Of a stretch of DNA of 64,000 nt, positions 13,120 through 25,415 are shown one piece after another. The notes beneath the pieces are model-generated. The model did no database searches and was not told the DNA's origin. It saw nothing but the letters and a program-made list of their open reading frames with translations. Each line of letters starts with the position of its first letter. Position 1 is the stretch's first letter. The position numbers and the translations under genes were made by a program. Origin of the DNA: Octopus vulgaris (lineage: Eukaryota); contig OX597818.1 of the NCBI GenBank assembly GCA_951406725.2, positions 3,658,001 through 3,722,000 of the forward strand, given 5' to 3'.

Positions 13120-13260
13120 ACAACCATCACCAGCACCATCACCAGCACCAGCACCTCCAGCACCAGCACCAGCACCAGCACCAGCACCAGCATCACAGTT
13201 CCAGCACCACCAGCACCAGCACCAGAACTCCCATCCCACCACCACCACCACCACCACCAC
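13120..13260. repeat. (CCAGCA)n/(CAC)n simple repeat
   Basis: Directly visible; the PAPAP ORF here is an artefact of the repeat. Confidence 0.85.
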
Positions 13261-13517
13261 ATACAACTATATCTTTACTAAATGCATTTACTATGTTGTG
13301 TATACCTTATTAATGTTACATAAGCGAGTTACAAAAGTCTCATCCATTATACGCACATGTGCACAGTAATACTCACACACACATTTATACACAGAGTATT
13401 CCTAAATTATTTTTGCAATTTAATTCATCGTATTCTTTCATCTACATAGAAGTTTTGCGAATGTATGCATGTATATATACAAAACAATCAATCAATCCAA
13501 GCAATCTATCATGTATG

Positions 13518-13558
<41 letters not shown>

Positions 13559-13589
13559 TGTATATATACACACACATCTATATATATTC

Positions 13590-13667
<78 letters not shown>

Positions 13668-13700
13668 ATATATATATATATGTGTGTGTATGTATGTATG

Positions 13701-13740
<40 letters not shown>

Positions 13741-14199
13741 CACACACAACCATCACCATTACCACGCTATGCGCGTTTCCACAAATCACGGGTCCCTTAA
13801 GATCATAGTCCGTATCCCTGGGATGATTACAATACAGTCCGTAGTATCCATGGACATCAGGTAGATCATGTTCACGTATTCATTTCTTCCAGAGATATGA
13901 CATTAAACGGATGTTTAACAGAGGGTTGTTTATCAATTTTGATCAATGAACAGGTTCCGTAGCCAAAATTGGTCAACCCGTTCACTGGTCAAAATTCCCG
14001 ATATATTTCTGAATCTGAGTGTTGGGTGTGGTCACATCTCTGATGCAACTTTCGCTGCTCCGCTCCTATTGCTGTCATTGGCGCTGTTAACGGTGCTGTA
14101 ATTACGGGTTTGGCAATATCGCTGTTTCTGTCGTTGTTGTAGTAGTCATCCCTGGCCGTAGTGGTCAGCCAGAACTGCCTTCAAGCGGCGCCTGTACAA

Positions 14200-14810
14200 C
14201 CACAGATCCTTTTTCAGAATTCCGGAAATATGATTTGTCACGTCCCTGGCAAGCCACATGTGGCGCCTTAAAGATGAAGGGACCCAAAACTATATCAAGT
14301 GGAGTATCATAGATCTATATCAACGGGAGCGGACGCTGCTAGCTTTGCATAGCTGAGCGAGCAAGGATCTTCAGAGACTCCCTGGAACCAGAATTATCAA
14401 ATTCCCGACAAGAGATTTATATCTCCTGCCTCCATTTCAAACGCTACCTGCTGCAAGCACGGGATTCCCCATTCATCGATTAAATCTGAAAACGTCCTTA
14501 CAGGCTAGACGCAATCCAAGGGTGGAATTCTTTGTTTGCTATTTCAGCGTATATGGACAGCCAACTGAACTGGTCTAAGGGAAATAACTCGTCCTCGTCG
14601 ACACAAATTGTTTAGTCTTTGTTTACTGACCGTAAAGGAATTTTACTTCCACAGTTTGAAGAGGTATATGGCTTTCGCCATTGGAGTCTGACGAGTCGTC
14701 CATAAAGCTATGCGATTTATGGATGCGAAACCACTGGTCACTCTATGACCGGACATATATAGCTGCATATAACCTCATTACTGCTCTATGCCTTAGAGTG
14801 TGCTTCTTTT
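14200..14810 (+). mobile_element. Penelope-like element 3' remnant (endonuclease C-terminus plus pLTR)
   Basis: KDEGTQNYIKWSII...INGSGRC*LCIAERARIFRDSLEPELSNSRQEIYISCLHFKRYLL matches the C-terminus of ORF 16104-17561. Confidence 0.8.
14682..14746 (+). ncRNA. Hammerhead ribozyme (type I)
   Basis: tggagt-CTGACGA-G(t)CGTCCATAAA..TTTATGGATGC-GAAACCACTGGTC-actcta: canonical core with all three stems pairable. Confidence 0.88.
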
Positions 14811-15373
14811 ATGTATATATGATGATATATAAATTCACTCGCACGCACGTACACACACACGCACACACACACACATTTACATATATATATACTATACACT
14901 CACACACACATACACACGTACAAACACACACAAACTCACATACACACCGACAGATATACATACACAATATACACCTATCCGCGCACGCACACATACACAC
15001 AAACATATACAAACGCACACATACACGCACACACATACACGTACATACATACACTCTCACACAAATGAACCCACACATACATCCCTACACACACACACGC
15101 ACGTACAACCACACACGCACTAGGTTAAACAGTTACTCGCCACACACCCACACTCTACGCATACACACACGAACACACACATGCACACACACACACACAC
15201 ACACTACAAACAACACACACATGATACATATAGCCCTTTGTTTTTTTGACCCGGGTTTGACCTGGTTTGATACAAACAGCTAGTAGTCATTATGACAGCT
15301 GGCTTTGTCATTGCCTTTATTCACCAAAAATGCACACACACACACACGCACGCACAAACACACTTGTCATCTT

Positions 15374-15431
<58 letters not shown>

Positions 15432-15557
15432 GCATTCCTTTTTTGGAACTCTCTTGCCTTATAAAACCATGTTTCGACTACCTTCAACTTCTGTTCTTTC
15501 AACGTGATCTCTTGAGCACCACCAGCTCAAATATTTTCTCCTCTGTCTTCCCTCCTT

Positions 15558-15592
15558 GTTTCCGACGAAGAGCTCCGCTCGAAACATTAAAC
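15558..15592 (+). ncRNA. Minimal hammerhead-like motif (U4C variant) in a short non-coding repeat (about 15440-15700)
   Basis: gttt-CCGACGA-a-GAGC tcc GCTC-GAAACATTA-aac; related to the 22251 motif. Confidence 0.55.
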
Positions 15593-15715
15593 CCTCCTTC
15601 CCTTCTTTCCTGAGCGTCAATAATACTTTAATTGTTCCACGTCCTGCGTTGGTGTGTTTTTTTTCTCTTTTTTTTCTGTGTTTTCTTGTTTGGATTAACT
15701 ATATATATATATATA

Positions 15716-15980
15716 TTCTTTGTGGTCTTTAATAGTAATAAAGGCCTCTTTTTGGGGGAGGGTTTCTATTTTTTTATCTAATTTAAGTTTAGCGGCGATG
15801 ACGCTAGCTTCTTTATTAATTTCGTTATATGTCTGTGCCCTAGCCTTAGTATAATTATTAATGATGCTGTTGTGTAAGAGTTGTGTGTATTTGCTGTTAT
15901 CTACCAGGTATAAGTTCTTGGTTTTATCCGAAAAAAGTGCTTTTTTCTTGGAGCTTTTTATATGATCAATATCTTTTTTC
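15716..15980 (-). mobile_element. Inverted 5' segment of the Penelope-like element
   Basis: Minus strand encodes SDKTKNLYLVD...EAFITIKDHKE, which precedes KENFLSNPKCRLINPAKSELG starting at 15981 on the plus strand. Confidence 0.88.
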
Positions 15981-17561
15981 AAAGAAAACTTCCTTTCCAA
16001 CCCTAAATGTAGGCTTATCAACCCAGCCAAGTCAGAACTAGGGATTATTAGCAAAGAAATTTTAGATAAAATAAATACGAAAATTAAGACCGATACCAGG
16101 CTAGTGCAATGGTCCAATAGTATAGAAGTCGTAGACTGGTTTAAAGCTATTAAGAATAAGAAAAAAGCGAGGTTTACACAATTCGATATTGTTGATTTTT
16201 ATGCCTCTATCTCTAAAGAACTGCTAGATAAAGCCCTAATCTTCGCTAGTGACTTCATAGAAATTAGTATCAATGATAAGGATATAATCTTCCATGCTAG
16301 AAAGACATTACTTTTCAGTGAGAATGCAAAGTGGGTAAAAAACACCGACACGGAGGGCGCTTTCGATGTGAGCATGGGTTCATATGATGGGGCAGGCATC
16401 TGTGATCTAATTGGACTCTTTCTCCTAGATACCTTCGGTAAGACATTCCCTAACGTACATTTCGCCATCTACAAAGATGATGCCCTCGCCTTAACAGCTA
16501 ATACAAATGGACCAGCACAAGATCGTTTTAGGAAGGATATTATCCAGTTAATGAAACACTTCGGACTTAGTATAACTATAGACACTAACCTGACGGTTGT
16601 CAATTTCTTAGACGTTTCCTTAGATCTTAATAATAATATTTATAAGCCTTATAGGAAGCCCAATGATAGACTAAGTTATATTAATGTAGGTTCATGCCAT
16701 CCCCCTATAGTATTCAAAAATTTAGTTAAAAATATTAGTAAGAGGATTTCTAGCCTCTCATCTAATGAGGACATCTTCAATAGCGTTGCCCCAGTTTATA
16801 ATAAAGCTTTAAAAGATAGTGGTTTTAGCGAAAAAATAAAATATACACCTATCACCAGCCCAACAATAAGGAAAAGGAATAATAGAAATAGGAAGGTCAT
16901 CTGGTTTACGCCCCCTTACTCACCCGAGGTGGCCTTCAATATAGGTAAATATTTCCTAGCACTGATAGATAGACATTTTCCAGTTAACCATGCTTATAGG
17001 AAACTCTTCAATAGACACAATTTAAAAATTAGTTTTAGTTCAACTACCAATTTTAAAAACATAATCAATCATAACATACAAAAAACACAAGAAGAAAACA
17101 GCTGTTCATGCAGGAATAAAGAATTGTGCCCGCTAAATGGAGCTTGCATGTCCAAGACCATCATATATGAAGCTACCGTAAACTCTATAACCACTAAAGA
17201 CACCGTTTCGACGAAGAAATACGTGGGCCTGACAGAGGGTAATTTCAAGGCCAGGTTCAATAACCACACTTTGAGCTTTAGGCACTGGAACAAAAGAAAA
17301 GCGACACAATTATCCAATCATATTTGGTCTTTAAGAGATAAAGGTGTCGATTATAACATACAATGGAAGATTTTGGCCAGATGTAAGCCCTATACTAACG
17401 GCAGCGGAAGGTGCGGTTTATGCGACATGGAGAGATGGCTTATCTGGAAAAGCAGCTTAGACCCTACCACATGTCTAAATACAAGGAGAGAGCTTTTCGG
17501 ATCATGCCCACATGTGACTAAATTTCTGTTACGTTTTTGGTCCCCTAAAGAAAACGGATAG
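15981..17561 (+). CDS. Penelope-like retroelement ORF (reverse transcriptase + Cys linker + GIY-YIG endonuclease), 5'-truncated; possibly Naiad-type
   Basis: RT motifs QFDIVDFY, FDVSMGSYDGA, IYKDD, FLDVSLDL, YRKP; linker CSCRNKELCPLNGAC; GIY-YIG IIYEATV..KYVGLTEGNFKARFNNH; C-terminal CGLC..LNTRRELFGSCPH. The subclade is inferred. Confidence 0.93.
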   Translation, partial: KENFLSNPKCRLINPAKSELGIISKEILDKINTKIKTDTRLVQWSNSIEVVDWFKAIKNKKKARFTQFDIVDFYASISKELLDKALIFASDFIEISINDKDIIFHARKTLLFSENAKWVKNTDTEGAFDVSMGSYDGAGICDLIGLFLLDTFGKTFPNVHFAIYKDDALALTANTNGPAQDRFRKDIIQLMKHFGLSITIDTNLTVVNFLDVSLDLNNNIYKPYRKPNDRLSYINVGSCHPPIVFKNLVKNISKRISSLSSNEDIFNSVAPVYNKALKDSGFSEKIKYTPITSPTIRKRNNRNRKVIWFTPPYSPEVAFNIGKYFLALIDRHFPVNHAYRKLFNRHNLKISFSSTTNFKNIINHNIQKTQEENSCSCRNKELCPLNGACMSKTIIYEATVNSITTKDTVSTKKYVGLTEGNFKARFNNHTLSFRHWNKRKATQLSNHIWSLRDKGVDYNIQWKILARCKPYTNGSGRCGLCDMERWLIWKSSLDPTTCLNTRRELFGSCPHVTKFLLRFWSPKENG

Positions 17562-17755
17562 AACATGCTTTCTGTGTTATGTCCCAAGAAGATTTTATAT
17601 ATTTTTATATATTTTTATATATTTTTATGTATTTTTATATAATTTTTATGACGAAAAATGCGAGCGATGTATAAGTACGCAGGCAAAGCAGAGTTATAAC
17701 AGAGTAATTTCCCTTCATTTTTAACGGTATTTTTTCATAACGTTTTCAAATAGCC

Positions 17756-17817
17756 AGATAACCGAAGAGATGGTGTTGTGGATTTCCACTTCGGCATCTG
17801 AAACTCAGAGTTTTATC
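17756..17817 (+). ncRNA. Hammerhead ribozyme in the PLE pLTR (family shared with 27715 and 31175)
   Basis: agataa-CCGAAGA-GATG...CATCT-GAAACTCAGAGTT-ttatct, about 200 nt downstream of the PLE stop codon. Confidence 0.72.
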
Positions 17818-17919
17818 TTGACTACCGAGTAATGTAACATATTGTATAGATAAATTTCCTCTATTTACATAATATTGAGGTCTCTTTCTTTCTTTTGTTA
17901 TCTTACCGTTTTATCAATA

Positions 17920-18290
17920 TATAGGAGTGGCTGTGTGGTAAGTAGCTTGCTAACCAACCACACGGTTGCGGGTTCAGTCCCACTGCGTGGCATCTTGGGC
18001 AAGTGTCTTCTGCTATAGCCTCGGGCCGACCAATGCCTTGTGAGTGGATTTGGTAGACGGAAACTGGAAGAAGCCTGTCGTATATATGTATATATATGTA
18101 TATGTGTGTGTGTTTGTGTGTCTGTGTTTGTCCCCCTAGCATTGCTTGACAACCGATGCTGGTGTGTTTAGGTCCCCGTCACTTAGCGGTTCGGCAAAAA
18201 GAGACCGATAGAATAAGTACTAAAAGGTGGTGCTCCAGCATGGCCGCAGTCAAATGACTGAAACAAGTAAAAGAGAAAGAGTAAAAGAGA
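17920..18290 (+). mobile_element. Near full-length tRNA-derived CORE-like SINE (another copy at 26400-26555, minus)
   Basis: A-box TGGCTGTGTGG, B-box GGTTCAGTCC, CORE-like GGCATCTTGGGCAAGTGTCTT, internal (TA/TG)n, tail GAAACAAGTAAAAGAG. Confidence 0.85.
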
Positions 18291-18329
18291 GATATATATA
18301 TATGATGATATATATATATATATATATTT

Positions 18330-19030
18330 AATAAACACATGTTTTATGTGCTACTATTAGTTTCATGGGCTGAAAACATGCCAAACATTGTTTTTATAAC
18401 ACATATGGTGTCCCAGCACGGTCATCAGATACTGCCCACATGGCATTACGAATTAAAAATGGGACGAGAGAAAAAGCGAGAAAAGGCGAGAAGGAAGTAT
18501 ATATAAAAAGTGGAGAACGAAAAATAACGGATCCCCAAAAGATTAATCAAATAGTAACGGATCAAAAATAATGTAAGCTATGTGTGGCTGAAAGAGCTCA
18601 AATCCTTTACAGATGTATGATTTCTAACACACTGCTTAACTCTAAATCCGAAATGTTCAGCGGTTGTAAGCATATGCCTAAGTTCCTCTGGAAGATATGG
18701 AAAGTATTTCCCTCACCGGATTAAATCTGTACCATAAACTCTAAGCTAATATCTTTTCAGCTTTATAATTTACAGTATAAGGGGAAATAACTCCTTTTCT
18801 CCTTTTGCTTTTTTCTGATTACTTTTTTTCCAACTTTCCACTTTTTATATATACTTCCTCGCCTTTCTTCGTTTCTGCTTTCGTCCAATATTTAGTTCGT
18901 TATGCTATATGAACAGTGTCTGATGATTGTGCTTGGACACCAGACGTTATAAAACAATTGTTTGGCATGTTCTCAACACATAAAACTAATAGTAGCACAT
19001 AAAAACATATATTGGGCTTATTAAATAATA
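18330..19030. mobile_element. PLE 3' remnant flanked by inverted pLTRs, each with a hammerhead motif (18347-18433 minus; 18916-19000 plus, G12A)
   Basis: Central CKLCVAERAQILYRCMISNTLLNSKSEMFSGCKHMPKFLWKIW. The minus arm reads gtat-CTGATGA...GAAACTAATAGTA-gcac. Confidence 0.78.
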
Positions 19031-19328
19031 TCTATCTCTCACAAGATCGTGTACAGTTTTTAATTGATCTTACCATCACGGAACAGTACACAATATATAA
19101 TGGTGTTGATGATGATGATAATAATAGCGGGATGGGCTACTCGACCAGAAGAAAATTCTAACTGGGCCCCACTTGCAAGTTCATGCGCTGTTTATCTTGA
19201 TATGAGATCACCATGTCACGCACATATGGTTGTGATGTATGTGCCTAGTGTACCCTTATCAGACGAGTACTCATGATGGGTACACTGGCCCCAGTGTCAC
19301 TTTGATGGCATGCACTGCTCTCTCACTC

Positions 19329-19426
<98 letters not shown>

Positions 19427-19928
19427 GAGCACTCAAAGAGCGCAAACTTCCGCCAACGCAACACCAACGTCCTCTCAACGATTAATCGGAGATGATTTTT
19501 AAAATGAGAATGTCTGAAATATTCCTTTAGTAATCCTGTTGTCTTAGATCATTGTATAGAATTATGTATATATCTAAGTATACTGTAAAGTGTTAAAATG
19601 TATGTATAAACTCCTAATAATGAGCGTTCAAGTATATATAAAACTCATAATAATGATAAATGCGAAAACTAATTTCTATGTGTCAATGCGTCACACTTTG
19701 ACCCCCTCTCTCACTATTCAATGACACTTCCTCGTGCTGGGGTGAGAGGCACAGAGACGGTGAGTGTGGTGGCGAAGGCAGAGAGAGAGAGAGAGAGAGA
19801 AAGAGAGAGGGAAAGAGAGAGAGAGAGGAAGAAAGAAAAAAAGAAGGAGAGAAAGAGAGACTAATAAATGATGTTTTATTAAAAGTAGTAGTGCTGATTG
19901 TGGCAATGGGAGTAATAATAATAATAAT

Positions 19929-19970
<42 letters not shown>

Positions 19971-20101
19971 TATGAGAGAAAGAGGGAGATGATGTACAAC
20001 TTTCCTGGACAGAAATTCTTGTGGGTAGCATACTGAACCAACTACTGAACACTATCTTTTTGTTTCATTTTTGCTTTCTTTAATACACACACACGCACAC
20101 A

Positions 20102-20159
<58 letters not shown>

Positions 20160-20160
<1 letters not shown>

Positions 20161-21415
20161 TAGTAGCAACAGAAAAGAGGAATTTCGATTATCCCCACGT
20201 GGTGAGTTGTAATGTATATAAGAAATTAAAAAAGGAAAATACGCACACTTACATAGTTTTAATATAATTTTTAATATATCGACCGGTTTCGCTATCGCTA
20301 TTCATGATATTATGTTTTACTTATTTGAATATATATATTTTTTCTTAAGGTGAAATTTTGTCCATGTTGTGTGTGATGAAATGCACAAGTGAACGACTTC
20401 ACAAGTAGATAAAAAAGAGAGGTAATTGGTTATCATTATTATTGTTATTGTTGTGGGTAAGGGAGATAACTGTTCAGCTTTCGGTAATGGGAGGGGAATA
20501 TAAATATACAAAGACAACTTTCGAAACCCTTGTTTAGTGAGGGGATTTATGTACAGTGATGTAATCGTGAATTGAAATATGTAAAAAAAAAGTTGGTTAT
20601 TCGTATATATTAAGAACGTTCTGTATTTTTCAAACAGTTTCTTTATTTAAACGTTCTAGTGGAGAGATTGTGTCTTTGCATTGGTAGAAGGGAAAGACTG
20701 TAAAATTCGGTTTGATGTTACCTGCACATTTTTCTATATGTTCACTGAGAGGAATTTGTCTGTATTGCGGGAAATGGATTTGCTCTTTATGTAGAGTGGT
20801 TCTCTTTCTCAAGGTCATACTCGTTTGTCCAATATAGTTGTGTCCGCAACCCGAGCAGGTTATTACATAAATTAGGTTCTCAGAGGCACAAGTGAAACTA
20901 GTTTTAATTTTGAACCTCTGTCCTTGTTTGAAAAGGAAAACCGAACCTTCAAGCAGGTTGGGGCAGGTTCCACAGTTTGGGCGTCCACATTTTTCAACCG
21001 TTGGTTTCGTGGTTGTTTTGTAAAGCTTCGCATTTGTAAGTAGTCTCTTTAGCGATTTGCCTTGTTTTTTTTGCATTTGATGAGTTTGTGTGTTTTCAGG
21101 ATGTCGTTCATTTTTGGATCTCTAGTTAGTAAAAGAAGAGTTTGCACTGGTGTTGAATGCCGCGCTGTTTCTGGGGTTGTGTGTTGATATAAATAGTAAT
21201 GTTTTGAGTTGAGGTGTGGTGTTATGTTTTGTTGTTCTTAGTATTTTTGTGTCTAATTGTTTGGCACGTTTAATTCCCTCGTCGATAAGTGAGGGTGGAA
21301 ATTGTTTTTCAATAAGCGTTGTTTTGAGGTCTTGAAGACAAAGGTCCCGAGTTGTTCTATCAGACACTATTGTGCAAATCCTTTTTGCCAAATTGAAAGG
21401 GATGTTTATTTTGAT
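20160..21415 (-). mobile_element. Penelope-like (Neptune-type) element, 5'-truncated and frameshifted: RT thumb + CxxxxCxxC linker + GIY-YIG
   Basis: IPFNLAKRICTIVSD...; CGRPNCGTC; NLIYVITCSGCGHNYIGQTSMTLRKRTTLH...LSEH. Confidence 0.9.
20276..20310 (-). ncRNA. Minimal hammerhead ribozyme with an A3-U8 core pair
   Basis: atatc-ATGAATA-GC gata GC-GAAACCGGTC-gatat, downstream of the PLE ORF on the same strand. Confidence 0.72.
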
Positions 21416-22250
21416 TAATCTTCTCTCTTCGCTCTTTTACGCCATTTGGGCTCAACTCTCCCCTCTTTTCATCTAACCTCCCCCCGACTCCTACTTCTCT
21501 TCAGTCCTTCATCTTTTCACCCCTACTCTCTTTCCCTCCTCTTCCCTTCTTTCCCTTCTTCCCATTCTTCCCTCTTCTTCTCTCTTCTTCCCTCTTCCCC
21601 TTCTCTCTTTCTCTCTGCTCCCTCACTCCCCTTCTCCCCCCTCCTCCTCTCCCTCCCCTCTTTCTCCTCCTCCTCCTCCTCTCCCCCCTCATCTCCTCTC
21701 TCCCGTCCCCTTCCTCTCTCTTCTCTCCCCTCTCACTCTCCCCACAACCCCCACTCTATCCCAATCCCCAGCCGAACCCACACCCCACATGGGCTTTCCG
21801 CACTCTAGCACCCCCACCTCCCCACAACATCACACCACACTACACTACACCATACAACATTACACATCACATCACAACACGCCACCCACAGCACACCGCC
21901 CACACACCCATCCCCTACACATACATACACATACATACACATATCACATCACAACACACCACCCACACACCCATCTCCATATCTCCACACCCATACATAC
22001 ATACATACACACGTCCAGACCACCAGCCCTCTTTCACACGCACATACATACTCTCTTATACACACACGCACCTTTGTGTTGGGGCCACCTTCGTTTTGGA
22101 AGTCACTTGACCCTATTATCTCCCCTATTGTCCCTCTAGCGTCTAACGTCTGACCTCTGGCCTCTGACCTCTGTCTGAAGTCAGAACGCCATGATAGACC
22201 GTTAGCTCCTACACGCATTCTTTTCTCTCCTTGTTTTTTTTTTCTGTGTA

Positions 22251-22288
22251 TCTTTCTGTCGAAGAGCGTAGGCTCGAAACGTAAAAGA
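22251..22288 (+). ncRNA. Minimal hammerhead-like motif (A6U variant)
   Basis: tcttt-CTGTCGA-a-GAGC gtag GCTC-GAAACGTA-aaaga. Confidence 0.55.
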
Positions 22289-22373
22289 CTTGTTCCTGAG
22301 CGCCAAACTAATACATATGTTTGTTTGTACTCCACCTGCCTTCATCTTTTGTTTATTTTCGTAAACCTTCCCG

Positions 22374-22406
<33 letters not shown>

Positions 22407-22584
22407 TACACAGAGAAAGGGAGAGTATGTTAGTTATGGCCGGTTTATATCGTTACCCAACCTTTCTTCAAATTGGAAGGAGAAAAAGCCTCTTGGCTAG
22501 TTTTCGATCCGGCCATAACAGCCTCTAAATACTCTATTTTTCTATAACATAGAGTGTGGTTGTTTTTCAGATTTATGATTTACT

Positions 22585-22618
<34 letters not shown>

Positions 22619-22684
22619 TAGCTGAAGGTGACCCGCTCTACGCGCGGGTAAGAGTGTGGTAGTTACTTTCTGTTGCTTCCTTTC

Positions 22685-22895
22685 AGCACGTAAAAAGCAC
22701 CAACCGATCGTTGCCGCTGCGAGCCCCCCTGGCACCTCACAGAGTGGTTGGCGTTAGGAAGGTCATCCACCTGTAGAAACACTGCTAGATCACACTGGAG
22801 CCTGGTGCAGCCTCCTGGCTTCCCAGACCCCGGTCAAACTGTCCAACCCGTGCTAGCACGGAAAACGGACGTTAAACGATGATGATGATGATGAT
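22685..22895 (+). mobile_element. SINE/LINE 3' tail ending in (GAT)n (RTE-like)
   Basis: GAGTGGTTGGCGTTAGGAAGG...CAACCCGTGCTAGCACGGAAAACGGACGTTAAACGATGATGAT. Confidence 0.6.
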
Positions 22896-23718
22896 TCTCC
22901 CTCTTTGTTTCTCTCTCCTTTCTCTTTCACTTTCCCACTCTCTTACTTTTCTTTCTCTCGGACTCTCCCTCGCTTTCTCTTACTCTCTATCTTTATCTAT
23001 CTCTCTCCCATTTATAAACAACAAAAGATCTTGAGTAAGTTGAGAAATAAAATATTTAGAAAGATCAATCATAAATATCAGGCAGTGGCAACGGAAAGGT
23101 CTGCTTCAAGGCAGACAGCAAAACGCTAACATTTAAAAGGAACAGACGAACTTGCGAGCTGAATAAAAATAATAAAATATTGGAAACCAAAGTTTGAAGG
23201 GATAGAATGTGAGGATAGTAGAGTCACCATGGTTGGCATTTCTTAACGACGGACAGCAACGTATTGACAGTTTAACGGCTGGCGTAAAATTTTGAACTTG
23301 ATGTAAAAGAAAATTCGTAAATACCAAGTTTTGAAGTGATTCACCATGGCAAGCATTCAAAACTTCTTCATCATGGACGGCAACACATTGACGATTAAAA
23401 GGCTGGCGCAAATTTTTTAGCTTGATGTAACAGAGAATTCCTAAACACTCGCTGCTTTAAATTTTAATCCCCTTCCAGCCCCATTTAGACCCCGTTTCAC
23501 ATTTTGGTTAATATAACCCGATTTCATTCGGGTCTACTGGGGCGACATTTTATAAGATGAGGAATTTTGTCCTAGAGGTCACGTGTTTCATTTGAGGAAA
23601 AAAAATAGTTGTCATGCAAACTTGCCAGCATTTTCAGCTGAACCGACCGACCACATAATACACACATTATATATATATATATGTGTATATATATATATAT
23701 GTGTGTGTGTGTGCACGC

Positions 23719-23767
<49 letters not shown>

Positions 23768-24423
23768 AAATTAAATTAGAGATAAAATCACTAATTGGCA
23801 AATCAAACAGTGAAAAACCAAAAACAAAAACATAAAAATAAAAATATAATATAGAAAATATATAAAGTATAAAATTGAAAAATTTGAATTATTTAAATTT
23901 AAAAAAAAAATTATTAAATTATATTTATAATTTGTTTAAAAATATATATAACTATCAAAAACTATTAAAAAGTTTAATATACATAAATACAGATATATAC
24001 ACTTTGTATATATACATTATATATACATATTTATATATCGAACACACATATATATAAATGAACGTAATGAATATCTGATTCATAATATTTGTTCTCATGA
24101 TTGTGTGTTGGTGGTGGCGTGTGGCGATGATAATTCTCCCTATGAATGCAGACAGATACATCAAAGAACGCCGTCTGACGAACTTTACATTAAATAACGG
24201 GAGTGGAATTGTCAAAGTTATACATGAAAGGGAGTGAGAGGGGAATGGAGGAAATAGCATGAGTGAGGAAGATGGCCCCTAGCAACCACACCTTTTAAGA
24301 TAGGGATTTCTAAGGTAGCCCACGGGCATCGTCACTTCATTCTACATGTCCCTGTACATTTTGGAGCGAATCGGACGGGTGTAGTGGCATTGAAAGCGAT
24401 CCAAGCGGTAAAAACGCATTTCA

Positions 24424-24515
<92 letters not shown>

Positions 24516-25119
24516 CAGTGGAGGATTTTATACATATATATATATATACGCGCGCGCACACATACACTCAGGTACATATTCTTCAGGCAAATTAATTGAT
24601 TCTCTGTCTGAAAAATTTGTAATCGGGAATTTCTTACATGTTGATCTAACATGTAAAATTTTGTAATTCTTATTAGCAAATGAAACATGTCTATTGGTGA
24701 ATAAATAATACCAAAGATATTTTCCAACTCCATTATTTTGTAACATAATATCTCTGCAAACAATATTTCCTGAATTTTCAACACTAATATGCACCTCACA
24801 TCAATACAACAGGTACTACACACTGGATTGTAATACTGGAATAAGCAGATGTGCTTCAAGAGGACACAGCTTGGACTTTTTCCTACCTACATTATATATA
24901 AATTAGTTATAAGGTTCAATAGAATCTAGGCACAAACACGTAGGACGCCAGAAATGGGTAGGAACGATTCACAGTAAAGTAAACAAAAATGGTCTCAGGT
25001 GTTGGTAGGATACTGTAGATACATAAGTATCAAATCTGATTTAAACCGTAGATCCGACTTTGGGATTGGTTCTAGGTGTAGCGTAGGTATAAAAAGAGAA
25101 CACAAATGAAGTTTAAAAT

Positions 25120-25194
25120 TTACGACAGATGTTTCGGTAGAATTTTATTGATGTATTCATAGATTACATCATATAGTCCACCATCTTCAGATAA
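25120..25194 (-). ncRNA. Hammerhead ribozyme (extended stem II)
   Basis: ttat-CTGAAGA-t-GGTGGA...TCTACC-GAAACATCTGTC-gtaa. Confidence 0.72.
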
Positions 25195-25326
25195 GACATC
25201 AAACAGGTGAGATAATACATCGATCATGTCGAATCCAACCAACATTATTGGTTATATATATCATATTACATGTATTATGTTATGATATAATCTATGAATG
25301 TAAATTTTAAACTCCATTTTTGTTCT

Positions 25327-25366
<40 letters not shown>

Positions 25367-25415
25367 AAACAAGTCAAAAATAGAAAATGCTAAAATAATT
25401 TTATAGTGAACATTT

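Noticed and set aside
17920-18010. tRNA gene
   Set aside because: A/B boxes are present but there is no cloverleaf; it is a SINE head continuing into CORE-like sequence.
14300-18720. Selenocysteine (UGA) recoding as reported for some Naiad PLEs
   Set aside because: The long ORF has no in-frame UGA, and the stop near the CxLC motif of the 14.3 kb remnant is TAG.
22617-23660. Helentron/HINE-like element (ACTAG...CCCG..CGGG start; similar start at 35035)
   Set aside because: Only a suggestive terminus; the other end and the subterminal repeats could not be defined.
24528-24860. Possible GIY-YIG remnant or host exon
   Set aside because: Motifs too degraded to call and no clear splice signals.
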